64,000 bases of DNA from assembly GCA_000708835.1 (NCBI GenBank), contig DF236962.1, positions 310,001-374,000 on the forward strand. The letters run 5' to 3'. This DNA is from Klebsormidium nitens (lineage: Eukaryota > Plantae > Klebsormidiophyceae). The notes beneath the pieces are model-generated. The model saw nothing but the letters and a program-made list of their open reading frames with translations, searched no databases and was not told the DNA's origin. Below, piece by piece: positions 47,439-59,900 of the stretch. How positions within the stretch are numbered: the stretch's first letter is position 1; each line of letters begins with the position of its first letter. The position numbers were made by a program, and so were the translations under genes.

Positions 47439-50426
47439 CTACGGCTCCGCAAGTCTCCAGCACCGCCCCTGCCGCACGGCCTCTGCCTGATACTCTGCCT
47501 GTCTCTTGATCATTTCGCCAAAGCTATCCAGGACCCCCTCGATGTCGTCCACGAGCGCCGGCTCGATCAATTGGAGGGCCCACGCACCCGACTCCAGGGT
47601 CGACAGGTACTCTTTCTTGGGCTCCTTCCGCAAATTCCGGTAACGGCTGGTGCGCTTCCCGAGCGGCAGCTTGTACTGGGGCAGGCTGTGCAGCCACCCG
47701 TGCTCGTGGTACACCCGGGTCGCTTTCGACCAGGTACCGTCGATCAGGATCAGCTGGTCGGGAGGCGCCTCCGGAAACGCCATGGGCGCCCTCTCGGGAC
47801 GGTTCTGGGTTTTCGGTTTGAGGGGCTCCGCAGCTTCTAAGGCGCCCAACTCTACGGCAGGGGTTGGCAGCGTTGCAGCGGCGTTCGAGGCTCTTCCGAC
47901 GGATGAAAGGCAATCTTCTGAGGTTCCTAACGAGGCAGCCCCCAGCTGCTGAGTGACGTCATCGATGACGGCAGAACCGAAACCCTCAGTCGACTCGAGC
48001 GCAGCCCCGAGCTGCTTCTCGACTACCCCGGACATGCCCCCCGATTCGTTTGAGCTTCCACCAATATTGGACGCCCCGGGCAGCACATCGCAGCCCGTCG
48101 TCGCCGGGACCTTGTTATCCAAAGAGGGGAGGGCTGGCGAGAAGGGCGAGGACTGCACGGCGAGCCCCCAAAACTGGGCCGCCTCTAGTAAATCGACGGA
48201 TTGTGGCCCCGGGAACAGGACGGCGGTGCCCGGAGTAAGCTCGATCCCCGGGGGGGGAGCGAACGTGGGGTATCGGACCTTGCGGCCTGACTTGTCGCGC
48301 TCCCATCGAACTTCCTGGACCTCGGGCTCTAGTTGCGCGGCGGTGATTGCTGGATCCAATAAGGACCCGTTTGCCTCCCCTGAGGCTCCGGACTCTGCTG
48401 GCAAAGAATCCCCCCCGAGAGGGATGCCAGCAACCTGGTCTAAAGCTTCCCCAGTCGAGCCCTTCCCGGGCGTGCTACCTGGCTTTTCACCTGTGGGCGC
48501 TTCCGAAGGTTTGTGCGACTCGATGCGTGCAGAAGCGGGTACAGGAGAACTTGCAGACAACTGGCTGACGCTGCTATTGGTGGGTGCGCTATCCAAGCTT
48601 AAGTCTCTGCTACTGGCCAAATCTTCCTTCCTGTTTTCGCTAGCATGCTCTGATGGACCTGGGGGAGTGTCGGCTGAAGTTGACGCATGCTCCTCCGCTC
48701 TTGCGAGTGCCCGCGCCCGTGCGCGCTCTTTCCGGGAGAAGGGAGGTTTCAACCAGGGCAGGCCTGAGCCCAACTCCTTGACAACCACCACCTCAACGTT
48801 CTCGAAACCCAGCTTGGCAAAGCGGACAGACCCCTGCAAAGGGAATCGCATAGTTCGGTCCTATATTGATGGAAGAATACTAAGCGAGACATGAAGCAAG
48901 CGTCTGACGCCAGTATAGATTGGTTAGCTGAAAGTTCGGAGGCAAGACACAAACAGGCAATCAACGATATGACAAACCAACCCCGGAGGATACGTATCCA
49001 GCAAGGCACCTGCCATGAACAAGATACCACAGACTCCCTGTGAAAAGCTTACAAAACTAGACACGAACGTGCTCGTTTCATTGACAATCAAGGAACCACT
49101 GACGCTAAGTTGTGCCAAAACGCATAGGCCACCAACTCATGGACCTGGCTCCATCAAGCTGCACTTTGTGAACTTGTAGTTGCTCTCTCACTTGCAGCAA
49201 GATGACACAATGGATAGTAACACAATGTTTAATTCCAAATATTACGTCAGCAAGCTGCTGNNNNNNNNNNNNNNNNNNNNAGTCTGGAACAGAGAAAGCA
49301 GATGCTACTCCTGCCAGAGGAATGCACTCTGATGAGAGGGTGGTGTGAGGACGCCCTTGAACTTTGGCAGGCCTGAAGTGATACTGAAGTCTTTGCTGCA
49401 ATTTCCCTTCTGTGCACTGCGGCAAACGCGTTGCTGTGGTAGCCTAAAGGAGAGCTACCAGCTGTGATACCAGCCATAACCTACATTTGTTCAACATGGT
49501 TTAAGGAGAGTTTCACCATACAAAATTAGCAAGTTTGCGGTGGGACCAGAACTCACCAGCGGGTGCTTTCTCTCCTTGTAGTGCTGCAGCACCACCAGCT
49601 TGGTCTTGTTCGCCACCTTGGCCTTCGGTATAGTCGCACAGATGCACACCACCGCCGGCTTCTGGCACTGCTTGCAGAAAGGCCGCTTCGCAGACGCCCC
49701 CAGTGCGGGCTCGACAACCCCTTCTGCTGCCGAGCACTGCTGACTGCTTAGCAGCGCCTCCTCTGTTCCTCCATTTATGTCCGCAATGCTCTCACTGGCG
49801 GATGCCCTATGCTCATTCACTTTGGAATGGACCCCTCCCTCGCCCTGGGTTTGATTGAACACACCGATCCCAGGATACGGTGCATTGGTTTCAAGGACCG
49901 AACTACCACCGCAAGTGCTTTCACTTATGGTCGTGTCCTTCATGTTGGGAACACAAGGACGGCTCCCTGAAAGTGGAGCTTCACCAAAGCTTGCCCCATT
50001 ACACTGGCCGTTCTTTTCATGAAACTCTTCTATTGAGTCCACTCCTGTGACGGACTCCGATGGCATCTCTGCGGCCAGAGCGCCCCCCTTTTGTTCACTT
50101 GCCAATGCCAAGACGTTCCTTTTGCTGAAGCCTGCAGGCAGGCAGCTGATGAAGCGACTCTTCCAAATTACATGCTCGCCACCAGCAGGAGAGCGCCTGG
50201 AAGAAACTTTCTTGATGTTAGTGGATGGTCCGCCACTCTGCTGATCGCCACTACTTGCCAGAAAGTCTCGTGTGAGAAACCCGGCAACACTTCCGCCCAC
50301 ACTGCCCCTTACTCGAGCTGCCACCACCGCCCTACTTGGGGTTGCCGTGCACCGGCTTGAGGTGAGCATGGAGAACGAAGCACGCACAGAAAGTGTGGGT
50401 GCGCTTGGCCACAGGAGGCCCAGCAT
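47439..50426 (-). CDS. DTW-domain tRNA-uridine aminocarboxypropyltransferase (DTWD2/TapT-like), 2 exons
   Basis: Exon 50426-49557 (RPFCKQCQKPAVVCIC...LVVLQHYKERKHPL) and exon 48833-47439 (GSVRFAKL, AVLFPG, LILIDGTWSKA, LRKEPKKEYLSTLES) splice in frame. Confidence 0.9.
49261..49280. other. Assembly gap (20 N) inside the DTW gene intron
   Basis: Run of n bases. Confidence 0.99.
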
Positions 50427-50944
50427 CTGCACTACGGTATCCTAGAACTTGAAGCTTGGAACTTGAAGCAGAGGTTTGCAGAACTGCTCTCAGACACCTC
50501 AACTTCTGAGCAGCTCAAAAAAACATTGTCAAATTTTGTAGATTTAAATGATATATCCGGATGAAAAGGCAGCTGACGTCGTTAGCATGTCCGCACCACT
50601 GGTTTTGAATAGTTATGGACACCGACCGACTTGAGCGTGCAGTAAAACCGGCATCAGGAACGGCAGTCATAGGCGGTGAAAAGCATTCCGAAAATACTTC
50701 TGATTTCAGGACAGGAGCATTTCACCTTGAAGTTGATGGCAGCGAAGCCAAATTAGGGGGCAGCATTGCAACCAACCATTGGTGCGCCATCAACAGGCCG
50801 AGCTTCAGAAGCAGCTAGTCAAGTTACAGGGGTGGAACAGGTTGCAAAAAAGAGGGGCTCCTTCGATTTCTCCTGCCACAATTGCAGCATCTAAGCAGAC
50901 AGACCGCAGAGAGTCCTGAGCTCATTGTTGGCACTTGGCTGGCC

Positions 50945-53900
50945 ATGGATGATTATGAGGGAGAGGGGTTGTTTGATGATGAAGAAGGAAACGAGAATGA
51001 AGGTTTCGAGGTAAGTTCGGTGCACAACTGTGCCTGTTGAATTACTGTGTTTTCTCTGTTATCTTCCATGACCAATTCTCTTTTCTGTCTCTATTTCTTA
51101 GGAGGAGGATGGGGTGGTGATGCAGCTAGAGTGTCGATCAGGCTGGGCACCCGCTTTGCGAGCTACCATACTTACGGTTGCTGACAGACGTGGCATAGCA
51201 ATATTGACCCTGCATGTAATTTCTTCCAGAACTATAGCTATAGCTCATTCTGCAGTTCCTGCACACCCTTTACTGAGCAAGCCTGATGAGAAGCTACTGT
51301 CTTTCCCACTTCCCAGCTCACCTCAGGGGGAAAGGAGAGGGTCATCTACTTGGTCGATTGTCATCCGCACATGTTCCTTCGAACCAATGACGAGGAGGTA
51401 AGATTCTCACATTCACAATCTTGTCATGGTCCTTCCTGAAAGAATCCTGATTGATGAATCCTAGATCAGTGGTGCCTTGATCATACCACAACATTGTTTG
51501 GCTTGTAATGCATTCGAGCTTTCTAATAGCCACTGTGATCATAGGCCCCAATTAGCAGGTATGTAGACATTGGACAGGATCGACGTTGGTTCATGCAGGA
51601 GGATGCGAAGACTTTCTTTGACGCGGCGATGGAGGCCATTGCGTCAGACTTGAAGAACAAGATCATTAGTCAGGCCAGTGACGAAACGGGACTCTGCTTC
51701 TTCAACACGGTGAGGGGCTGGCCCTCTTTTTTCCTTTGTGTGCGGGAGACAAGGTGACTTGTGCTCTCTGATTCCCGCCTGGTCTCCTCGCAAGCACAAA
51801 GGTGACGTCGGTTTTATTGCAAGCCCCTTTGCATTTGAGATTTGCTGATCCTGGCTGTTCTTGTCCTCATCTACTAATCATTGAAAGAAAACGAATGAAT
51901 GATCCAGGTACCTGCAATAATGAGAAGGAAGGTCAGGAAGTTCCAATGAGTCAGCTCAACGTATTTTTGAAACTTCAGCATAAGTTACACTCTAGAACTC
52001 TTGTGTGCGTTTTCTTAGAAAGCTTTTGAATATCATGCAGCGGGAGAAGAAGAACGTGCATGGCTGGGATGGCATCTACATCTTTCAGGTACGTTTCAGC
52101 AAAGCTTGTCAGTGATTGAGTTGCCGTGTAACTTTATGCAATGCTCTCAAATCCACTGTTTTGTTTGCTTTTATTGTCTGGGCCGATGTTCTGTGGCCGA
52201 GACTCTGCAAATTGAAATCGCTTTTCCTCTTGATTGATCGACCTCTGATTACAGGATTGATGTTCGTCTCCAGGAGTGTGATGTGCCGTCAGCTCAACGC
52301 ATTGAAGAGGTCTCAAAGATCAGCAGTGAGCTACAATTCTTGCCTGTCACATGAGTCACCCCTTAGATTCGTGCTTCTGGTGCTTAGACGCTTTTTGTAC
52401 AGGCTTGCCTGCAAATGCTCAATTTTCGCCTGATGCGTTATTGGAATAGCCTCGACTCTCTTGCTCTTTCCTGTGCGAGTAAAACTTATTTTCTCCACCT
52501 TGATCCTTCCAGGTGATGTGAAAGATTTGTCTTGTTGTGGGAGTTTTGTTGGCTAGTTCGCAACTTACAGACACAATCTGTTGATGGAGTACCTGTAGTA
52601 GTTCCTGTTTTTACCCCTCAACGCTATCGTATGACAGAACAATACTGTCACCATGCTTGCCAGTGCCTTGAAGCAAAACGGTGCGCTGCCTGTCATTGCA
52701 AAAATCACCTTCGTATGGATTCACTGGTTTTGGCGACTTCATTCGTTGCAGGGGACTTCGAAGCGAGCATTGGGGCCAGAAAACAAGCCCAGGCTGCGAC
52801 AATCAACCCGGTGTATCATGCGCTGTTTACAGCACAGTCAATGATGCAGAGGTGCGTCACCAAGACCTTTCACCGTTGAGAAGCTAGGTAGCAAAAAATG
52901 AAACTTGCATAAGATTCTGGACGTTACTCTTGGCAGGTCTGCATCTGAGGACTTTGAATTGAAGCCCAGCCCGATTGGAAGATTTAGTTTTTGGTTCCGC
53001 TTGAGCCACCGTTCAATCCTTGAGAGCATGCCTTCATCCTCGCACTGAGTGAGACATGCCCGCAGGTTACTTATCGAGTGTGGCTGGTTGATAATAGACC
53101 AGAAGTCACCTCAGGGAGGTCATATTTCTTGAGGAAACCGAGCTCGATGTCATCGACCTAGTTCAATGCTTGCGTACAAGGCAGCAAAGAGCGTCAGGAT
53201 GATGCTCACCTCAATCCTCATTGCACCCCAGTGCAAGCAAGCTGGGCGTCAAGCGCGTCCTCATCTTCACCAACAACGACGACCCCCTGGCTGAGGTCAG
53301 CGCCGCCGAGCAGCGCAGCATGCGCAACCAGACTATCGCCAAGGCTCGGGTAGGCCCCCAGTGGTTGAACATTTTGCTTCGTTTGGTCCTCAGTACGAAA
53401 TAAAAGCAAGCGTCGCTGCCAGAGCTCGACGAAGTTTGTCGTTTTCTCATCGAACCTAGGAATATTCGCGTACTAAGATGGTTCTCCTGGAAGCTTGACG
53501 TGGGACAGTTCTCTCGAGAAAAGTTGCCTTCGAGCTCACTTCAGCCATCTTTTTCGCTCCACATCGGTCAGCAGATCCCAGCTACGTACCACAAGCAGAC
53601 TTTGCTGTTTGCCGGATGTTGCAGTGATCAATCGATCCTGTCATCTGACACCCTTACATCCAGTTCGATCCGAACAATCTCCGATGCACCTGTCTCCTCT
53701 TCTGTTTCGGTCAAGTAGAAACAAATGTTGTCCTCTCTGGCGGTACAAGCTGCGACTTGTAACAGCTGCAAGAAAGTGTAAGAAGCAAAAAAGTCGCTAT
53801 ATTGCAGGACATGGTTGATAGCAATATCTCCATCGAGCTGCTCCCAATGAGCCGGCCTGGAGAGGAGTTCGACATCCGGTTGCTTTACAAGGTAAACCGG

Positions 53901-56900
53901 CCCTCCAATCGGCCTTGCAACAAGGTCTCGAGTTCTGAGCCCTCAAGCGCACTGAAGGGGGCGAGAGTTGTCATAGTTTTTTCTCCTCTCAGGTAGTATG
54001 AGCGTGACTCGGTAATTGAACAATCTCCTTGCGAATGACGAAGTACGTTAAGGCAAGCAGCGAGCTTCAGCCGAAGTGGAACCATACGACACTGATGCAG
54101 TCTGGTTGGTAGGGCGAGTGTACGGCGGCCCATCTCAATTCAAACCGTAGTTGCTCATCTAGTTGGCTCCTTTTTGCCGCTCGTGCGGGAAGCGAAGGAG
54201 GATCGTTCTCTCCCGCATCGTGTCGGGTTCGTCAATCTGGTCTCTTACAGACATTGCTTTCTGCAGGACGTCATGTCGGAAGGGGAGGAGGACGACCCAT
54301 CCAACTTTATAGTGAGCGCACAAGCCAAGTGAGTTTCGAGACCTCAGCTCTGTCATCTCGTGTGGCACCAAGATTCTTGTAGCTCGTGCGGATTGACCAC
54401 TGCCAAAAACGCAGATGCTGCGGCGAGGCGAAACGTCGTTCCCCGCAGTTTCAAGCTGACGTAGTGCGTCTGGCTATACCTCTACGCCTTCCTTGTTCAT
54501 CTCCGAGCTGATTAGGGTTGAAAGCAAGAACCCTCACAAACCTTCTGAATGAAGCCAATGCCCTTCTAAAAACGTCCGGGTCAACTGTCCTCCGGGAACG
54601 CGGGAGTGAGGTGTGAATTGTATCGGCCCCGTGGCCGGTCTTTGGAACGGACCATCTTGTACGGCGGGTTCCGAATCCACGCTTGCAGCTTGATCGTGGA
54701 ACAAGATCAGATGTAGAATTGAAGAACACAACTCTGACTCGGACACGGTTTCGAAATAATTTACTAGAACCGTGAGTATTGTGCAGGTTTGAGGACATGC
54801 TGTCGACCGTGCGGAAGAAGATGCTGAAGAAGCGGGTCCAGCGGAAGATGACCCTTGCGATCGCGCCCGGCGTGGAGGTGGGCATGAACCTGTACGCGCT
54901 CATCCGCACGACGCGACCATGTGAGGCCGCCCTGCAACACTTGCCGCTTTGTGTTCCCTCGGAAATTTACGAATATATCTTGCCGACAGGTCGGTAGACA
55001 GGATGCGCAGTCTCGACTGCGGCAATTGTCGTGCTCACCTCCGGAATATAAAACGGAGAAAGGCTGCATTTTCTAAGGTTGTCCGGTGGACTGCAAACTT
55101 GCCTCCCTCTCCTTCGCGACGGCGCTGACAAAAGCGTAAGGAGTCGAACAAAGGGAAAAGTATACGATACTTACGATACTTTTCAAGTGATCACAGCCTG
55201 GTTTGAAGCTCATTCACTCTTTGACTGAACATCTCCAAAGACAGTCATGACACGGTCATCTATGGAAGATTTATTGCCTACTTGTGTGTTTGCAGCGCGA
55301 GCCGGGACCCTAGACTCTCGGACGCAGCAGCCGCTCAAGGTACATACTTGCTCCTTTCTGTCTACAACAGTGCTCGTTCGCATCGAGCTTTTTCTTACCC
55401 AACACCCCTCTTCTGTTTGCTAAAGAATGCGATCGAGCATCGTTTGTGTATTGACGGTCACCCGTCTCTGTCGGTCCTGCGGAATTAGAAGCAACTGAAC
55501 GATGCTCGTAGACATTGTCGTGCGTCGATGACAGCCATGCTTATGTCTCCTGCTCACATGCCTTTCTCTGCGGACTCAGTGCCTGACTGTTGCTGTGCCG
55601 TTCATCCAGGTCGAGACGAAGTTCATCTGTGGCGACACGGGGGGAGAGTTGGACAAGCACACCATCCAGAAGTTCTACCCGTATGGCGCGTAAGTGACTT
55701 TCAGTCAAGGTCACTTTCCATCTAGGTAATACAGAAGCGTGACCTAGATTTCCGAAAACACCGTCTGCTTAAACTGAAGCTCGGCGATGCTACTGCTGAG
55801 TCAGTCAAATCAATCAAATGCAGTTGTGCATCACCAATGTTTGAGGCCTTTGGTTCGAAGCCGCAGCAGTGTGTGTTCTGCTACTAGGTTGGTCACGTCT
55901 GCACGACGAACGAAGTCAGCACACTGGTTGCTGGTTTGTAACGTTTTTCCAAGCGACGTTTGTTCATCGTGTTCGCAAAGCATCCCTGTCCTTGGTTGTT
56001 CAACGGACGCGCCAGGCGCCAGACGCTTGACAAGGTTGACCTTTGTCGCTTCGAAGTGGTCACCAAGCCGATTTACAGGCAACGCAACGAAGGGACGCCA
56101 AACGACGTTCAGCAACTCGTTCATAGCAAGCTTCGGCGCCCAAACAAATGTTCACTAACACATTACATATTCTCTTGACACAAGAAGCACTCGACCATCG
56201 CAACCTAGACTGAAGTACTCAACTATTTCCTCGCAGGGATAAGGTGGTGTTTAAGCAGGACGAGCTGCAGGAGATGCGGAAGCTGCGGGACCCCGGGCTG
56301 CAGCTGCTGGGGTTCAAACCGGTCGCGTGCCTCAAGCCGTACCACAACCTCAGTCCGCCCGGGTTCCTCTACCCGAGCGACGAGGTGAGAGATACGGCCG
56401 GAGACTTTTTAGGTTACTGGGAAGATTTCTGGAAAAGGAAAGGAGAAACGGAATCGGAAGTTCCTGAGAATGGAAGGTTGGAAGGAGACAATATTTACAA
56501 AAGGAGCCTGCCGGCGTTCCTCTATTCGAGCGACGAGGTGAGGCATGCGGGTGCACAGGTCGAGGTTCAGTAATTCCCGGAAGCTTTGAAAGCAGATGCG
56601 CAGGACAGTTGCTGTGGGTCACTGAAAAGAGTGGAGGGAAAGGCGTCAGGGAATAGGAAAGGGGTTCGAGTTGGGACAGATAGTTTGTTGAGTATCTGGG
56701 TGAAAGCGCGTTCAAAAGTAGAGGAGGTTTGCTTCGTTGGAAGCCGGCAGATAGAGAGCCCCTTTCTCGAGCCGTATGGTCGTGCAGGGCGATCTTTCTT
56801 TCTTTTTCTTTGGCAACTGGTGACGTACATGCAAGCACGCAGTGTCTGCTTGCGTGCACGTTATAAAAGAAAGATACGACGATGGACAGCTTTAAGCGTC

Positions 56901-59900
56901 TTTATTACGTTCGCTACGCAAATGACTTCATTTTAGGAGTAAGAGGTCATCGTTCAGAAGCGTTGTTGAGGGTGGAACATTCCTGAGGTTTCGTTTAGCT
57001 GGCCCTCGTTGCTTATCCAATTCCTCTGTTTTTTTTTGTTGTGCTTTAGTAGATGGGTTGTTCCTGTCGTCTCCGCAACCCCGTGTGAAAAGGCCCCACC
57101 GTAACCAGGGAGCACGCCTAAGCCGTCTCCGACGTGGCTCGTCGTTGACTCTTGCGTTTTGATTCCCAAGAAGAGTGGTGCTCTGCGTTGGGTGCGACCG
57201 CTGCCTGCTTCTTACCAGACGGGCTTGCCGCCTCCATACTTTCTTGAGGCTTCTCTTTCCTCGTTCTTGCAGAAAATATCTGGCAGCATCAAAGCCTTCA
57301 TTGCCCTGCACACAGCCATGGTCAAGTTTCAAAAGTGAGTCCTTTGGACGCTGAAGCGACTTGCTGAGTTCTTGCCCTTCCGAGTGACCCGCTAAGGGAA
57401 TCGTTGATTGATGATTCGGATACTCTGCGCCGTTTTTCATGGCTCTGAACACAGGCATGCAGCTTCCAAGAAGAAAGCCCTGTGACGCCAATCAGGATCG
57501 CCATCACTCATGACCAGGAGCAGTTTCAAGCGAGAAAGCAGTTGTGTTGGTCTTAGTGTCAGAAACGAATCTCGTGCAGCTACTGCAGGGATTTGGATGG
57601 AATTGCGTCGGGCCTTCGATAATTGCTTGCCCTGATAGAAAGGCTTTGCTTCCAATCTCCATCGGCTCCGAAATCTTGTTACAGTTGTGATCGTGAATCT
57701 GCGCCCAAGAAACCAATTTTGTTCAAGCTTTTTCCACACATGGTGCGCAGGTTCGCCGTCTGTAGCCACGTGCCCTCGATCCGTTCCAACGTCAAGCTAG
57801 TCGCGCTTGTCGCTCAGGTCAGTCTTGCAGTCGCGGAGTTGATTTCTTTTTTTCCGTCTCAAATGACACATAGAGACCGAACGAAGCAGAGACGTAATGC
57901 GCTCAAAGGAAGGCAATCTGTCGGCGATCCGGCTGATTCTTTCTTGGGGTGCCGTAGTTTACAGTGTCTGATTGTGAATGATGACAATGCAAGCCGCCTA
58001 CGTTGGGGCAGCGCCTACATCGGGGCAGCGCCTCCAACAAGCTTCGCGTACCGATATACAGAGCTTCTAACGAGAACAGTTGCAACGACTGAGTCATTGA
58101 AGATTTTCCTGGTGCATTCTCCTGTGCGTTCAGAGTAGTCTGGCTCTCGCGCCTCTTTTTCGCCTTTGATGACCGGGTAGCCGGTGAGTTTTTGAGCACT
58201 TTGGCCCTCGGTTTGAACGAGATGGTGGAGCAGGTACTCTTGAAGACCCTGAGAACACCGCTAGAGAGCCCTACTCCGTGTTCTAAGAATTGAGATTGTA
58301 AATAGGAGAGAGAAATTGAATGTGCTTACGCTGTGCCTTTGCTGGGCAGGAGCAAGTTGTGGACGAAAGCGGCGCGCAACTGGAGCCGGCCGGGTTTCAA
58401 CTCATCCCGCTGCCGTTCTCCAACGACATCCGGGACCCAGTCAAGGTACGTCGATTCTTCTTTCAGCTTGTGATTGTCGTCTATTCATCAAGTGGGTGTT
58501 TTATTTGTGCAGAAACGTTCTGACACGTCCATGTATTGTTCGCTTCGCTTTGTCTTACGATCGCATCCGTCCTGCGTCGCTTCGCTTATGGAGGAATCTC
58601 CTTTCCCTGGGATTCATCTAGTGGGATGGTTGCTGTAATCTTATGGGTATGGTATCCTAGCGGCCTCTTCGTTTTGCCAAATGTGTGCTGCCATCCGCTC
58701 GTTTTCGGTCTCACTCGAGTGGCTCCTATACTTGAAGCCGATGTTTCCTCTCTGGATATTGAGCTGGGAAAGAGAGTTCTATGCGGGTGAGGATCAGTCG
58801 CTTCTAAATGCGAACAATCCTTCCTGTTCGTTGAAAACCTGGAAATAAGCGGTTTACAGAAACAGGTGACCTCAGAAGTTCCCTCATCGCCTGCGGAAAT
58901 GAACAATGAGAGCAATTCATGATCACAGACAGTCAACCCTTTCTGGTCTTGATACGAAGGGAGGGCCTCTTGTTCTGCTCGTGAGACATTAATCACACTG
59001 ACTTGCTGTTCAGCAAGTAGTAGGGCGCATCTCAGAACTTTGCTCCTTCTAGGATCGAGGGCTCCCTGTTTGTGTGCAGCAAATTTTTCTTGTCGGGCGT
59101 ATCTCTTAATGAGAGCTACCTCTGAGAAACGAGAGCCCCTCTGTCTGTCTGCAGCACCACGCAAGCGAAGCGGGCCTCGCGCCGCGGGCCTCCCAGGAGC
59201 AGATTGACCGAGCGGCTGACCTCCTGAAGAAGATCGACCTGGGGAACACCTTCAGTGTGGTCCAAATAGCAAACCCTGGTGAGACTAGTAACCGAAAGCG
59301 GGAAAGCTGTTGCAGAGTCGTTCGTGCGGCCGCTCAGTGGGCCTTTGCAAGGCCTTTGGGCAGTCTTTGTAGCGGGCCTCGGGCCGGACCGACTGTGCTT
59401 TCAACTGTGACTCTGATTCGCAGTGGCTGTCAGCCTGACTTGGACAAATTTGCTTGCTTTCAGACCGACAAGCAAGACATAAGGACCTTAAAATCTTTTT
59501 CTGCAACCTTGGAAGCCGGGCGGCAAGTTAGCATGAAAACTACTAGCGTCAGGTTCAAAGTCTTCGAGAGCCAAGATGCGTCAGCCCGCGCATTTGTCGA
59601 TGCATCTGCCCTTCTGGAAAGTCCCGTGACCCCACAAAAGACTCCTCTTCTCGCCCCTCCTCTTCCATGTTCTTCTCGATCGTTCCGGGGTGGTTACATT
59701 CACCTTGTGTGAAGATTCCTTCCGAATCTGTACTGAGTCAATTCAACCTGACTACGTTGCTTGGTCATGTGCAGCTCTGCAAAAGCACTACGCGTCCCTC
59801 CAGGCGCTTGCGTTAGATGAGGACACAATCCCCGAGGTCGAAGACTGCACGCTGCCCGACGAGGAGGGCATTACCCGGTGAGCATCAGATACAACATTTT

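Noticed and set aside
47953-48894. Long + strand ORFs (313 aa here, 253 aa at 47079-47840)
   Set aside because: Antisense shadows of the GC-rich DTW exon.
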